A model generated the notes under the pieces. The model was not told the DNA's origin and did no database searches. It worked only from the letters and a program-made list of their open reading frames with translations. From Myxococcales bacterium (lineage in GTDB: Bacteria; Desulfobacterota; Binatia; HRBIN30): a stretch of DNA of 64,000 nt. Positions 12,783 through 22,063 of this stretch are shown here, piece after piece. The stretch is taken from positions 96,001-160,000 of the forward strand of contig JBBILD010000009.1 in assembly GCA_037445065.1 (NCBI GenBank), read 5' to 3'. Position 1 is the stretch's first letter. Every line of letters begins with the position of its first letter. Made by a program: the position numbers and the translations under genes.

Positions 12783-13253
12783 GTGTTTCTCGCCAATGTG
12801 TTGCTGGCACTGGTCTGGGTCGCCGTCTCCGGGCGCGCGACTTTCGCGGATTTCGCCCTCGGCTTTGCGCTGGGCCTCGCGCTGTTACGGCTGCTGCCGG
12901 GCGCAGAGGGCAAGCGGTACGTACGGCGGGTGTGGCGGGTCGTGCGCGCCGCTGGCGTGTTTGCCTGGGAGATCTTGCTCGCCAATTTACGCGTGACCTA
13001 TCACGTCTTCGCACCGCTGCGGCGCATGCGCCCGGGCATCGTCGCCGTGCCCCTGCAAGTGAAAAGCGATGCGGCCATTACCATGCTGGCCAATATCATT
13101 ACCCTGACGCCGGGAACGCTCAGTCTGGACGTGTCTGCGGACCGTTCCACCCTCTACGTGCACGGGATGAACGTGATCCCCGACCCTGATGCGTTCCACC
13201 GGGACATCGAGGGCGGACTGGAACGAGAAGTCAAGGAGGTCTTCGAACCATGA
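12783..13253 (+). CDS. mrpE: Mrp antiporter subunit E
   Basis: LANIITLTPGTLSLDV, LYVH. Confidence 0.93.
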   Translation: MFLANVLLALVWVAVSGRATFADFALGFALGLALLRLLPGAEGKRYVRRVWRVVRAAGVFAWEILLANLRVTYHVFAPLRRMRPGIVAVPLQVKSDAAITMLANIITLTPGTLSLDVSADRSTLYVHGMNVIPDPDAFHRDIEGGLEREVKEVFEP

Positions 13254-13531
13254 CGGCAACCATTGCTTTGTGGATCGCTCTGCCGGTTCTTGGGGTGAGC
13301 ATGTTGCTCGCCCTGTTCCGGCTCGTGCGAGGGCCGAGTTTTCCGGACCGGGTCGTGGCGCTCGATTTGCTCACCACGATGGGTGTCGGTATCATCGCGG
13401 CGGTGGTGCTGGCTTGGGATCAGCCCGTGCTGCTCGACGTGGCAACCGTGCTGGCACTTACTTCCTTTCTAGCCACGATCGCGTTCGCCAAGTACGTCGA
13501 ACGAGGACTGCGCGTATGGAACAACTCGTAG
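13250..13531 (+). CDS. mrpF: Mrp antiporter subunit F
   Basis: RGPSFPDRVVALD, three TM helices. Confidence 0.93.
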   Translation: MTATIALWIALPVLGVSMLLALFRLVRGPSFPDRVVALDLLTTMGVGIIAAVVLAWDQPVLLDVATVLALTSFLATIAFAKYVERGLRVWNNS

Positions 13532-13920
13532 CCAGCGCTCTCTTGCTCAGCGGCACCTTCTTCATGTTCGTCGCCAGCTTGGGCATTGTACGTATGCCGG
13601 ACGTGTACTTGCGTATGTCCTGCACTTCGAAGGCGGCCACCTTAGGAGCCGGCTGCCTACTCGGGGCAGTCGCCGTGGCAGCCGAGCACGCAGGAGTTGC
13701 GGGGCGAGCCCTGGCCACCATCCTGTTCCTGCTGCTCACCGCACCGGTGGCGGCTCATCTCCTGGGGCGTGCTGCCTATCGGCTCGGAGTTCCCTTGTGG
13801 AGCGGCTCCTGTTGCGACGAACTGCGCGGCGCCTACTCCGAGGGTGGGGTTCTCGAGGGCAGAACGGCGCCACGTTCGCACACGAGCCCCTCTTCCCCGA
13901 TGTCGCAGCATGGCGTTTGA
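13516..13920 (+). CDS. mrpG: Mrp antiporter subunit G
   Basis: GIVRMPDVYLRM...KAATLG, LTAPVAAHLLGRAA. Confidence 0.92.
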   Translation: MEQLVASALLLSGTFFMFVASLGIVRMPDVYLRMSCTSKAATLGAGCLLGAVAVAAEHAGVAGRALATILFLLLTAPVAAHLLGRAAYRLGVPLWSGSCCDELRGAYSEGGVLEGRTAPRSHTSPSSPMSQHGV

Positions 13921-14980
13921 GCTTGCCTTGCTTCTTGCCGGCCTGGCTGGGGTTCTGCTCGGCGCGGAGTGGCTCGTGCGGGGTGCCTCCGGTTTGGCGC
14001 TGAGTCTAGGGGTCGCACCGCTACTGGTCGGACTCACGGTGGTAGCGTGGGGCACCAGCGCCCCGGAGATGAGTGTGAGCCTAGTGGCAGCGCTCACCGG
14101 TAGCCCGGAGATTGCCGTCGGCAACGCCATCGGCAGCAACATCTTCAACGTGCTCTTCATTCTCGGCCTATCCGCCGCGGTGGCCCCGCTCGCAGTGGAC
14201 CGTCAACTGATCCGCTCCGAAGTACCGCTCATGATCGGGGTGTCGTTCTTGGTTTGGTATTTTGCGGAGGACGAACGGCTCGGACGGGCGGAGGGGATTC
14301 TTCTGCTGGCCGTTTTTCTCGCCTACTCGCTGGCGACGGTGTACGTCGCCAAGCGCCAGTCAGCGGACAACGCCAGCACGGCGGAGAAGTCGGGGCTACC
14401 GCCAGGTCGGCATCACTGGGCATGGAATGCTGCGCTGGTGGTCGCCGGACTTGTTTTGCTGGTCGCCGGTTCTCGCTGGTTCGTGATGGGAGCCGCTGCC
14501 GTAGCGCGCTGGCTCGGTGTCAGCGACCTCGTGATCGGCCTCACGATCGTCGCCGCCGGAACCTCGTTGCCGGAACTCGCAACTTCGGTGCTGGCTGGGC
14601 TCCGAGGAGAGCGCGACATCTCGGTCGGGAACGTCATTGGCAGCAACTTGTTCAACCTCCTTGCCGTATTGGGTGTCGCCTCGTCCGTAGCGGAGAACGG
14701 CTTACCGGTGTCGGCAGCGGTATTCCGCTTCGACTTGCCGGTGATGACCGCGGCTGCCTTCGCCTGCTTGCCGCTGGCCGTCACGGGGCGCTGCATCGCG
14801 CGCTGGGAGGGTTTCCTCCTCCTCGGCTACGGAGTCGCGTACTGGCTGTATTTGCTGCTTGCCGCCACCCACCACGACTCGCTGCCGACCTATCATCTCG
14901 TCATGGTGGTGTTCGCTCTACCGCTCACAATCGCCGGACTGGCAGTGAGCCTCGGCCGCCATTTCCTGCGCACGCAGTAG
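13910..14980 (+). CDS. Calcium/sodium (CaCA, YrbG-like) antiporter
   Basis: Two alpha repeats: GTSAPE...GNAIGSNIFN and GTSLPE...GNVIGSNLFN. Confidence 0.93.
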   Translation: MAFELALLLAGLAGVLLGAEWLVRGASGLALSLGVAPLLVGLTVVAWGTSAPEMSVSLVAALTGSPEIAVGNAIGSNIFNVLFILGLSAAVAPLAVDRQLIRSEVPLMIGVSFLVWYFAEDERLGRAEGILLLAVFLAYSLATVYVAKRQSADNASTAEKSGLPPGRHHWAWNAALVVAGLVLLVAGSRWFVMGAAAVARWLGVSDLVIGLTIVAAGTSLPELATSVLAGLRGERDISVGNVIGSNLFNLLAVLGVASSVAENGLPVSAAVFRFDLPVMTAAAFACLPLAVTGRCIARWEGFLLLGYGVAYWLYLLLAATHHDSLPTYHLVMVVFALPLTIAGLAVSLGRHFLRTQ

Positions 14981-15032
14981 GGCACAGCGTGCCGTGCCCC
15001 AAGGGCGCGGTGCCGCGAACACCCTGATCCCA
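14780..15032 (+). repeat. Copy 1 of imperfect direct repeat (CaCA 3' end + REP palindrome + CACCCTGATCCCA)
   Basis: Aligns by eye with 16124-16413. Confidence 0.9.
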
Positions 15033-15339
15033 TCCGCCTGGTTAAGCCTGGCCGAGCATCCATCCCGTTCCGCGTTCGGGAACCGCTTCGGAATGTCGAA
15101 CCGGCCCGGTCGGGGGTCATTCCCGCCGCGATCCACCGCATTTGCCCTTCTACCCCATCCCCGTACACGCACGCGCAGGTCTGCGTGGGAGTGGCGATGA
15201 ATCCCTACACCCCCCGCACCTGCTGTCGTCAGATCGAGCCTGCCATCAGGCGTGCATCTCAAGCGCGACACGGCCGTCATGGATCACGCCCAGAAGCGCA
15301 ATGATGCACAGCGACGCGCGGGAGGGTCCGATCCGTCGC

Positions 15340-15756
15340 TCAAACACCCGCGTTTTGCACGGTCTGAATCAGGAGCTGGCCTTCAAGGCCGGCCTCGCGG
15401 TGGATGCCGAACTTCGCGACCTCCGGCGAAGTGGCGATCTTCACGAATGCCTCGGACGAGGGATATTCGACGAGGGCGACGACGTCCCACAGCTCTTCGA
15501 CGTCGCCGATGACGAGCGACTTCACTTCACCGATAAAGATGACACGGCCGCCGTGGTCGGCCACGAGTTTGAGCATTTCGGCAGCGTACCGGTTGTAAGC
15601 CGTCTTGCCATCGTCGGTAGTCGCGCGGCCGTCCTTGTACTCGGCCCTCTCCTTGAACTTGAGCAGGTTCACCATGACAACCGGCTGGTTGGCGCCCTTA
15701 GTCACCACCTCGGTGATCTGTTCGCCCTTCGGATAGACAGCGTTTTCGACGTTCAT
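15340..15756 (-). CDS. DUF1330 family protein
   Basis: PVVMVNLLKFK...AYNRY...GGRVIF...WDVVALVEYPS...HREAGLEGQLLI; GGAGG RBS upstream of ATG. Confidence 0.88.
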   Translation of the reverse strand: MNVENAVYPKGEQITEVVTKGANQPVVMVNLLKFKERAEYKDGRATTDDGKTAYNRYAAEMLKLVADHGGRVIFIGEVKSLVIGDVEELWDVVALVEYPSSEAFVKIATSPEVAKFGIHREAGLEGQLLIQTVQNAGV

Positions 15757-16123
15757 CACGTTACCTCCGTTGTGCGCTGATGGTCTCGCTCTGCTCGACC
15801 CACCTAACGGGTGAGTCTTCCCGCAAGCAGTCGCCACCTCCTGCGCCGATCCCATACGGCTCTGCGTTTCCGTCTACCACGCCTTCTTGGGTGAGGCGCT
15901 CGCTCACCGTCCCTGAGCCGTCGGGCAGGTCGAGATCACGTGCGGCCGAACGATCGTCCAGGACGCCTTCAGAATCGCCGCCGGCCGTGCAGATGCGTTT
16001 TATCGGCCAAGTGATGGAGAAAACGCGGTTCAACGGATCCGCTAGTGCAACGATTTCCACCTGCAGTCAACGCAGGGGAAACACGGTGAGCAACAAGTGT
16101 TGCAGGCCCTGGCGTGGAGGGCA

Positions 16124-16413
16124 GTCACCCGGCGCTGCATCGCCCGCTGGGAGGGTTTCCTCCTCTTCGGCTACGGAGTCGCGTACTGGCTGTATTTGCT
16201 TTGCTTGCCGCTAACCACCATGACCCCTGCCGACCTATCATCTCGTCATGGTGGTGTTCGCTCTACCGCTCACAATCGCCGGACTGGCAGGGAGCCGCGG
16301 CCGCCATTTTCTGCGCACGCAGTGGGGGCACGGCATGCCGCGCCCCTACCTCGACGTCCTCAATTCAATCGAGGTGCCCGAGCCGATTTACAGCCACCAG
16401 CACCCTGATCCCA
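16124..16413 (+). pseudogene. Degenerate duplicate of CaCA antiporter 3' end (copy 2 of direct repeat)
   Basis: Encodes RCIARWEGFLLFGYGVAYWLYL and MVVFALPLTIAGLA in different frames; indels, and stop TAG changed to TGG. Confidence 0.88.
16322..16349. repeat. GTAG-type REP-like palindrome
   Basis: GTGGGGGCACGGCATGCCGCGCCCCTAC is a near-perfect palindrome; degenerate copy at 14977-15002. Confidence 0.7.
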
Positions 16414-16494
16414 GGCACGGAGTTGAGCATGCGCACGGGTTCATCCGGTCCCTCTGCTCACGCAATCCGCCCTCATTAACACCTCGTCTGATTC

Positions 16495-16899
16495 TTACCA
16501 CAGCACCCAGGGCGCGTTGATCAAATCCGCAGACCAGCCAACCCGCATCTCCTTGCGAGCGCTCAGTAGTGCGCCTGTCACCACGGCATCGCGTCCGACT
16601 CTCAGCAGTCCCTGCGCAAAAATGGTCCCTTGCACCTGCGCCTGCCTCCTCACAAAGGCGCGACCGCCAACCAGGAACAGGATTCGCTCCGCCGGAGAAC
16701 CATTTGGCCCCGCCGGGATGCCGCTCATCACAATCTGCGCACTCCCGTCCACTCTCAGACGGCGCGCGAGTCGCAGCACTACCGCCGCGGTGTTGGCATT
16801 GCCCTGGATGGTGAGAACCCGCCCGGGCGCCACCCGCAAGCGGTCGTAATCGAGCACGACCACGGACCCTGGCGCCGAGCTGAACGGAGTGATGTCCAT
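16495..16899 (-). pseudogene. C-terminal fragment of a beta-solenoid-like secreted protein (possibly a short intact gene)
   Basis: Repetitive LRV...LTI..., ILFLVGG...VQGTIFAQG...VTGALLS pattern; no signal peptide; in-frame stop upstream. Confidence 0.45.
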
Positions 16900-17324
16900 G
16901 GTCGCACCTCCCAATCGTTTCCTTTTGACGAACGTTCCTACTTGGTCGCCTCCCAAGCCCCGAACTCCGTTTAGCGGGAAAACGATGACAAAATCTCCCC
17001 CCGGGCCAACACCTTCGTCAACAGAGAAAAAGGGCGTTCGCGCAGGCCGACATCAGCCAGCCCGAACGCCCTGAGTCCCTACGCCCCGAACGGTCGCCGC
17101 CCATTCCAGGTTCATCCATCAGACAGAGGGCCCCCACTTACGCGGTCTCCACCGGCGGCCCCCCACTCTCTTCCGAGAGGTTCACCAGCAGACCACGGGC
17201 AAGGCTCCCGCCTGTGGCTCGAACCCCGCTCGGCCTCAGGCGCCCGTAAATGACCGCTTCCAGCGGGGCAAGTCGTTGCCTCAAGCTTCGGACTCAGGCA
17301 AGGGATGCGAACCGATCATAAACG

Positions 17325-18182
17325 ATGGCCGTTCCCGTACAGGTTGGCATTCCTCTTTTTCTGTTGCGTCCCGGACGCATGCCGGCGGTGGCAGAGGTAG
17401 CCGAGGAGCTCGGCTTCGAATCGGTGTGGCTGCCGGAGCATCTGGTGTTTCCCGCCGAGATCCGTAGCGCCTATCCATACAGCCCGGATGGACAGGCACC
17501 GATCTCGCCCAAAACTCCGCTGCTCGACCCCTTCGTGCTGCTCTCCTTCGTAGCGGCTCGCACGCGCCGCATCCGCCTCGGCACCAACGTGTATCTGCCC
17601 GCACTGCGCCACCCGCTGGCTAGCGCGCGCATGATCGTCACGCTCGACCTTCTCTCTGGGGGCCGCGTGAGCTTGGGCGTGGGTGCAGGCTGGCTTGCCG
17701 AGGAATTCGCAGCGGTGGGAGTGGAGTTCGAAACCCGTGGCGCCCGCCTGCGCGAGTGCGTGCGCGCTTGGCGCGTGCTGTGGAGCGAGGAGACGCCTTC
17801 CTTCCAAGGGCGTTTTTATCGCTTCGGGCCCGTGAAGTTCGAGCCCAAACCGGTGCAGAAACCTTCTCCACCGATCTTGTTCGGCGGCGAGTCGGAAGCG
17901 GCTCTTCTTCGCGCCGCCGAACTGGGCGACGGCTGGTACGGGGTGCGGCACACGCCGGAAAGCGCGGCCCGCCAAGTCGAGCGGCTCCGCGCGCTGCTCG
18001 AGCGGAACGGGCGCGATCCCGCTCACTTCGAAATCACGGTGAGCACGGGTCCCCTCGACCAGCGTTCCCTCGAAGAGTTTGCCGCTGCCGGTGTGCAGCG
18101 TGTGGTCTCCCTTCCGTGGCAGCGCGACAAGGAAGCAGAAGCGAGCCTCGAACGTCTGGCTCGCACCATACGTTTGAGTTGA
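17325..18182 (+). CDS. LLM-class (probably F420-dependent) oxidoreductase
   Basis: AEELGFESVWLPEH, LDPFVLLSFVAART, TLDLLSGGRVSLGVGAGW, PKPVQKP. Confidence 0.9.
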   Translation: MAVPVQVGIPLFLLRPGRMPAVAEVAEELGFESVWLPEHLVFPAEIRSAYPYSPDGQAPISPKTPLLDPFVLLSFVAARTRRIRLGTNVYLPALRHPLASARMIVTLDLLSGGRVSLGVGAGWLAEEFAAVGVEFETRGARLRECVRAWRVLWSEETPSFQGRFYRFGPVKFEPKPVQKPSPPILFGGESEAALLRAAELGDGWYGVRHTPESAARQVERLRALLERNGRDPAHFEITVSTGPLDQRSLEEFAAAGVQRVVSLPWQRDKEAEASLERLARTIRLS

Positions 18183-18313
18183 CCGAACACCCCTCCGACG
18201 CCGGACCTATCGGGCGCCTGGCGTTGTGGGCACACACGAAACGTGCCAGCCGCAGCGGGCGGAACAGCGCAGGCACTGCTATCCCGGGTTGCGCCGAACC
18301 TGAGGCCGTAGCC

Positions 18314-19408
18314 TCAAACAACGGGGTGGCGTGGGATGCGCTCGTTGAAGCGCCACAACCCTTCGGCACGCGCGCTAGCAAAAGCGGCACGCAGTTCTTG
18401 GCCGTAAGGCCGGCGGTTTAGCTCGCCGTATTTCTCTTCGCTCACGGTTCCGGTGGGCCGGTACTGGTCCATGATGTTCACGTAGGTGTCGCGGTCCACC
18501 TCGCGAGCGAGGAAGCGAAAGATCTGCTGCGCATCGTCCGTGGCCCCGGGCATCACCAGGTGGCGGACCAAGAGCCCGCGCACGGCGATTCCGTTGCGGT
18601 CGAAGCGCAGCGGCCCGACCTGGCGTTGCATTTCGCGGATGGCGCGGCGCGCCACCTCTGGGTAATCGGCTGCCTTCAGGTATCGGCGCGCTTTTTCCGC
18701 GTCCCAGTATTTGAAGTCGGGCATGTAAATGTCCACCACCCCGTCGAGCAGCTCGAGGCTACGCAGCGAGTCGTAAGCGCTCGTGTTGTACACGATCGGC
18801 AGGCGCAGGCCTTGTTCCGCAGCGAGGCACAGCGCCTCGAGCACTTGCGGCACGACGTGCTCCGGGGTCACCCAGTTGATGTTATGGCAGCCAAGAGCCT
18901 GCAGGCGCAGCATCTCGGCGGCCAACTGCTCGGGTGTGAGTTCCACGCCTTCGCCGAACTGGCTGACGTCCCAGTTCTGACAAAACACGCAGCGCAGGTT
19001 GCAGAAGGAGAAGAAGATGGTACCCGAGCCATTCCAGCCGCGCAGGCAGTCTTCCTCGCCAAAGTGAGGGAACGCGGAGGCGACGCGGGCGTAGCGACCG
19101 GTAAAGCAACTGGTGCCTTTGGGAATATGGGCTGGCACGGCCCGCCCACGGACGCGCGACGCGCTCGCGATTCCCCGGGGTGTCTCGTGTTGCGGTGCGG
19201 GCAGCGCGTGAAAACGGTCCACACCGCAGTCCCGCGGGCAAACGCGGCACTCGCGCAATTCCTCGACCGCTGCCCAGGCGCGCCGCCGGAGTTCGCCCGA
19301 CCGGGCAAGCCGCAGGTACGAAGGTTCGGGCGGCTCGTCGGTAATGAAGCGCGCAATCGCCTCCGGCCACGGACGAGAAGCGAGATCGCTCGACCAGGCA
19401 AAGCGCAT
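18314..19408 (-). CDS. Radical SAM protein, PflX-like
   Basis: CRVCPRDC, HFGEE, GSGTIFFSFCNLRCVFCQN (CxxxCxxC), DIYMPDFKY, VRHLVMPG. Confidence 0.9.
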   Translation of the reverse strand: MRFAWSSDLASRPWPEAIARFITDEPPEPSYLRLARSGELRRRAWAAVEELRECRVCPRDCGVDRFHALPAPQHETPRGIASASRVRGRAVPAHIPKGTSCFTGRYARVASAFPHFGEEDCLRGWNGSGTIFFSFCNLRCVFCQNWDVSQFGEGVELTPEQLAAEMLRLQALGCHNINWVTPEHVVPQVLEALCLAAEQGLRLPIVYNTSAYDSLRSLELLDGVVDIYMPDFKYWDAEKARRYLKAADYPEVARRAIREMQRQVGPLRFDRNGIAVRGLLVRHLVMPGATDDAQQIFRFLAREVDRDTYVNIMDQYRPTGTVSEEKYGELNRRPYGQELRAAFASARAEGLWRFNERIPRHPVV

Positions 19409-19458
19409 GCAAGCAGTCTAGCGGCTGGTCGGTGCCCCCTCACCCTGGCCCATGGGAG

Positions 19459-20592
19459 TCAGCGCAGTGTACGGAAAAACTTGCGCACGTCGTCCACGAA
19501 CAGCTCGGGTTGCTCCATGGCCGCGAAGTGGCCGCCGCGCGGCATCTCCGTCCAATGCGTTACGTTGTAGTGGTTCTCCACCCACTTGCGCGGGAAGCGC
19601 ATGATCTCGCGGGGAAAGCGCGCCACCCCAGTGGGAACCTCGATCCGGTTGGCCAAAAAGAACACGCGCCCGTGTTTGAACACCTCGTAATAGAGGCGCA
19701 TCGAGGAGGTGATCGTGCCCGTGACCCAGTAAACCATAATATTGGTGAGCAGCTCGTCCTTGGTGAACACGTTCTCCGGATTGCCCCCGCAGTCGCTCCA
19801 GGTGCGGAACTTCTCCACGATCCACGCTGCCAGGCCCGCTGGCGAATCGTTCAGAGCAAAGCCCAAGGTTTGCGGTTTGGTACCCTGGATCTTCTGGTAG
19901 GCGGTTTCCTCGCGCTCGAACTCTGCCATCTCTGCCAAGTCGCGCCGCTCCGCATCGCTCAGGTCCGTGCGGTCCTCCTGGGCAATCGCGAGAGGCATGT
20001 TGAGATGCAGGCCGCACATGTGCTGCGCATCGAAGAGGGCCAGGCAGCTCGTGATAATCGCGCCCCAGTCGCCCCCTTGGGCTCCGTAGCGCGCGTAACC
20101 GAGGCGGCGCATCAGTTCAGCGAACGCCTCGGCCATGCGCTGCGCATCCCACATCTCGCTGCGCGTTACCTCGGAAAAGCCGTAACCAGGCAAGGAGGGG
20201 CAAACCACATGAAAGGCATCCTGTGCGCTCCCGCCGTGCGCCTCCGGATCGGTGAGCGGACCAATGACCTTCAAAAACTCCACGAACGATCCCGGCCAAC
20301 CATGCACGAGGAGCAAGGCGAGTGCGTTTTCATGGCGGGAGCGGGCGTGCACAAAATGGATTTGCTGTCCATCGATCTCGGTGCGGTAGTGCTCCAAGCG
20401 GTTCAGTTCCCGCTCGTGAACGCGCCAGTCGTAACGGTCCCGCCAGTAGGCGACGAGTTCCTTCATGTAATCGAGGTCCGTGCCGTAGCGCCAGCCGGTA
20501 CCCGGGATCTGATCGGGAAAGCGCGTCGCGGCCAGCCGCCGCTTCAAGTCGGCCAGCACTTCGTCTCCGATGTGGATCGTAAACCGCTCCAT
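19459..20592 (-). CDS. Epoxide hydrolase (EHN N-terminal domain)
   Basis: HGWPGS, SLPGYGFS, QGGDWG, GGHFAAMEQP. Confidence 0.95.
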   Translation of the reverse strand: MERFTIHIGDEVLADLKRRLAATRFPDQIPGTGWRYGTDLDYMKELVAYWRDRYDWRVHERELNRLEHYRTEIDGQQIHFVHARSRHENALALLLVHGWPGSFVEFLKVIGPLTDPEAHGGSAQDAFHVVCPSLPGYGFSEVTRSEMWDAQRMAEAFAELMRRLGYARYGAQGGDWGAIITSCLALFDAQHMCGLHLNMPLAIAQEDRTDLSDAERRDLAEMAEFEREETAYQKIQGTKPQTLGFALNDSPAGLAAWIVEKFRTWSDCGGNPENVFTKDELLTNIMVYWVTGTITSSMRLYYEVFKHGRVFFLANRIEVPTGVARFPREIMRFPRKWVENHYNVTHWTEMPRGGHFAAMEQPELFVDDVRKFFRTLR

Positions 20593-20698
20593 ATCACCTC
20601 CGTCCGAACACGGCTTACACTGCCCGAGGGCCGAGGTTGAAGAAAGAGTCCGTGCCGGTCGTTACCCGGCGCAGCAGGAAAGGGGTCGTCGGCGTGGC

Positions 20699-21964
20699 TC
20701 AACGGCAGCGCGGGTCGGACCGCTGCAGAAAATCCACCGTCTCTTGCGACAAGGAAAGGGGCACGCAGCCGTGGTTGTTCTCGCACACGTAGTCGAACGA
20801 GCGGGCAGCACTGTGGCAGCCGTAACACGGAGTCTCCGCCCCACCGCGGCTCGCAATCCGGGTCCCAGCGCGGTTTACGCTCAACGTCAAGTATTCCCAA
20901 CCGCCGTGCTCTGTGTCGAAGCTGCCGCCGCGCTTGACCATCGCTTCGCCTGGAATGAGCTGGATCACCGTGCCGACGGGGAACTCGAGCCCAGGCTGCT
21001 CCCCGCCGGCTGCGGCTATGGCCAAGGTCTCCTCCAAACGGCCCAGCCGATTGGTCACGCGAAAGTGGCGCACCTGCGGCCAGTTGAGCAGGCACTCGAA
21101 GTCGCCCTCGCGGGCGACAAACTCGAGTGCAGGCTGCGGGCAACCATTCAAGGCGTTGTTCACGGCGCCGATCAATTCGTCCACCGTGACCAGCCCGTCC
21201 CCATTGCCATCGAAGGGCGGGCAAGCCTCCAGCCCGGTTTGCTCCAGCGCAATGTTCACGCCCAGGATAATTTCGTCCACCGTGACCTCACCATCTCCTC
21301 CGCAATCGCCCAGGCAGGCCGGCACCGGGGGCAGGGTGGGTGTCGCGGTCGGTGTAGGTAGCGGTGGTTCGGTGGGCGTGGCCGTCGGTGTGGCAGGTAC
21401 GGTCGGTTCGAGCGTGTTCGTAGGCGTCGGGGTAAGAGGCTCCCCCGCGCGAACACGCACCGCGAGCGTGGTGGCAGCCGCCCGATCGCCGGCGTTGGTA
21501 CCGTTGCGGTTGACACTATTGCCGGCGGCAAACAACGTGTATTCTCCGGGGGCTGCTGGGGCTTGCCACTGGAAGGAAAAACTTGCCTCGCCGCTTGCGT
21601 CGTTCGGCTTCGGCGCCACGTGCGTGATCTCGCCCAGTTGCAGGCGCGTGCCTTCGTTCGGGAGCACCGAAAGCATGCCCGCACTGGCTGCGACGTTGAG
21701 CCCTGCGGCAACTTGTTGTGCCGGGGCATTGGAGCGCACCACGAAGCGGAAGGTCGCTACAGCTTGCGGAGCCAGTTCCGTTGGTCCTTCCAGGCGCACG
21801 CTGGGCTCCACTCCCCCCGCATGGCATCCGGGCTGGTTGCAAATCGCCCCCTGCTTTCCAGACACTCCGGTGATACCGGTAGAAAACGCCAGTACCGGCG
21901 TCGCCCAGGCAATCGCCCAGAACGCCACTCCCACCCTTGACCAAGGCAACCATCTCGCCCGCAC
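20699..21964 (-). CDS. Secreted modular protein: Reeler/choice-of-anchor-V-like + Pro/Thr linker + dockerin-like EF-hand pair + cytochrome P460/c'-beta-like domain
   Basis: AGGAGG RBS + GTG at 21964; signal peptide ending VLA; CNQPGCH; FSFQWQAP; GDCGGDGEVTVDE / DGNGDGLVTVDEL; FPVGT, MVKR, GGWEY, CYGCH. Confidence 0.75.
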   Translation of the reverse strand: MRARWLPWSRVGVAFWAIAWATPVLAFSTGITGVSGKQGAICNQPGCHAGGVEPSVRLEGPTELAPQAVATFRFVVRSNAPAQQVAAGLNVAASAGMLSVLPNEGTRLQLGEITHVAPKPNDASGEASFSFQWQAPAAPGEYTLFAAGNSVNRNGTNAGDRAAATTLAVRVRAGEPLTPTPTNTLEPTVPATPTATPTEPPLPTPTATPTLPPVPACLGDCGGDGEVTVDEIILGVNIALEQTGLEACPPFDGNGDGLVTVDELIGAVNNALNGCPQPALEFVAREGDFECLLNWPQVRHFRVTNRLGRLEETLAIAAAGGEQPGLEFPVGTVIQLIPGEAMVKRGGSFDTEHGGWEYLTLSVNRAGTRIASRGGAETPCYGCHSAARSFDYVCENNHGCVPLSLSQETVDFLQRSDPRCR

Positions 21965-22063
21965 GGCGCACCTCCTGAGCGCCGGCAATCGTGCTCGGCA
22001 GGTCCGGCTAAGTCAAGGCAGCGCCGCGTTGAGCAGCGTGATAGCTGCGGCTAGGCTGGCCGC

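Noticed and set aside
19432..20640. 402-aa plus-strand ORF (and similar long ORFs at 20913-22127, 27376-28578, 36062-37183, 61059-62297)
   Set aside because: Antisense or alternate-frame shadows of well-supported genes, expected in high-GC DNA
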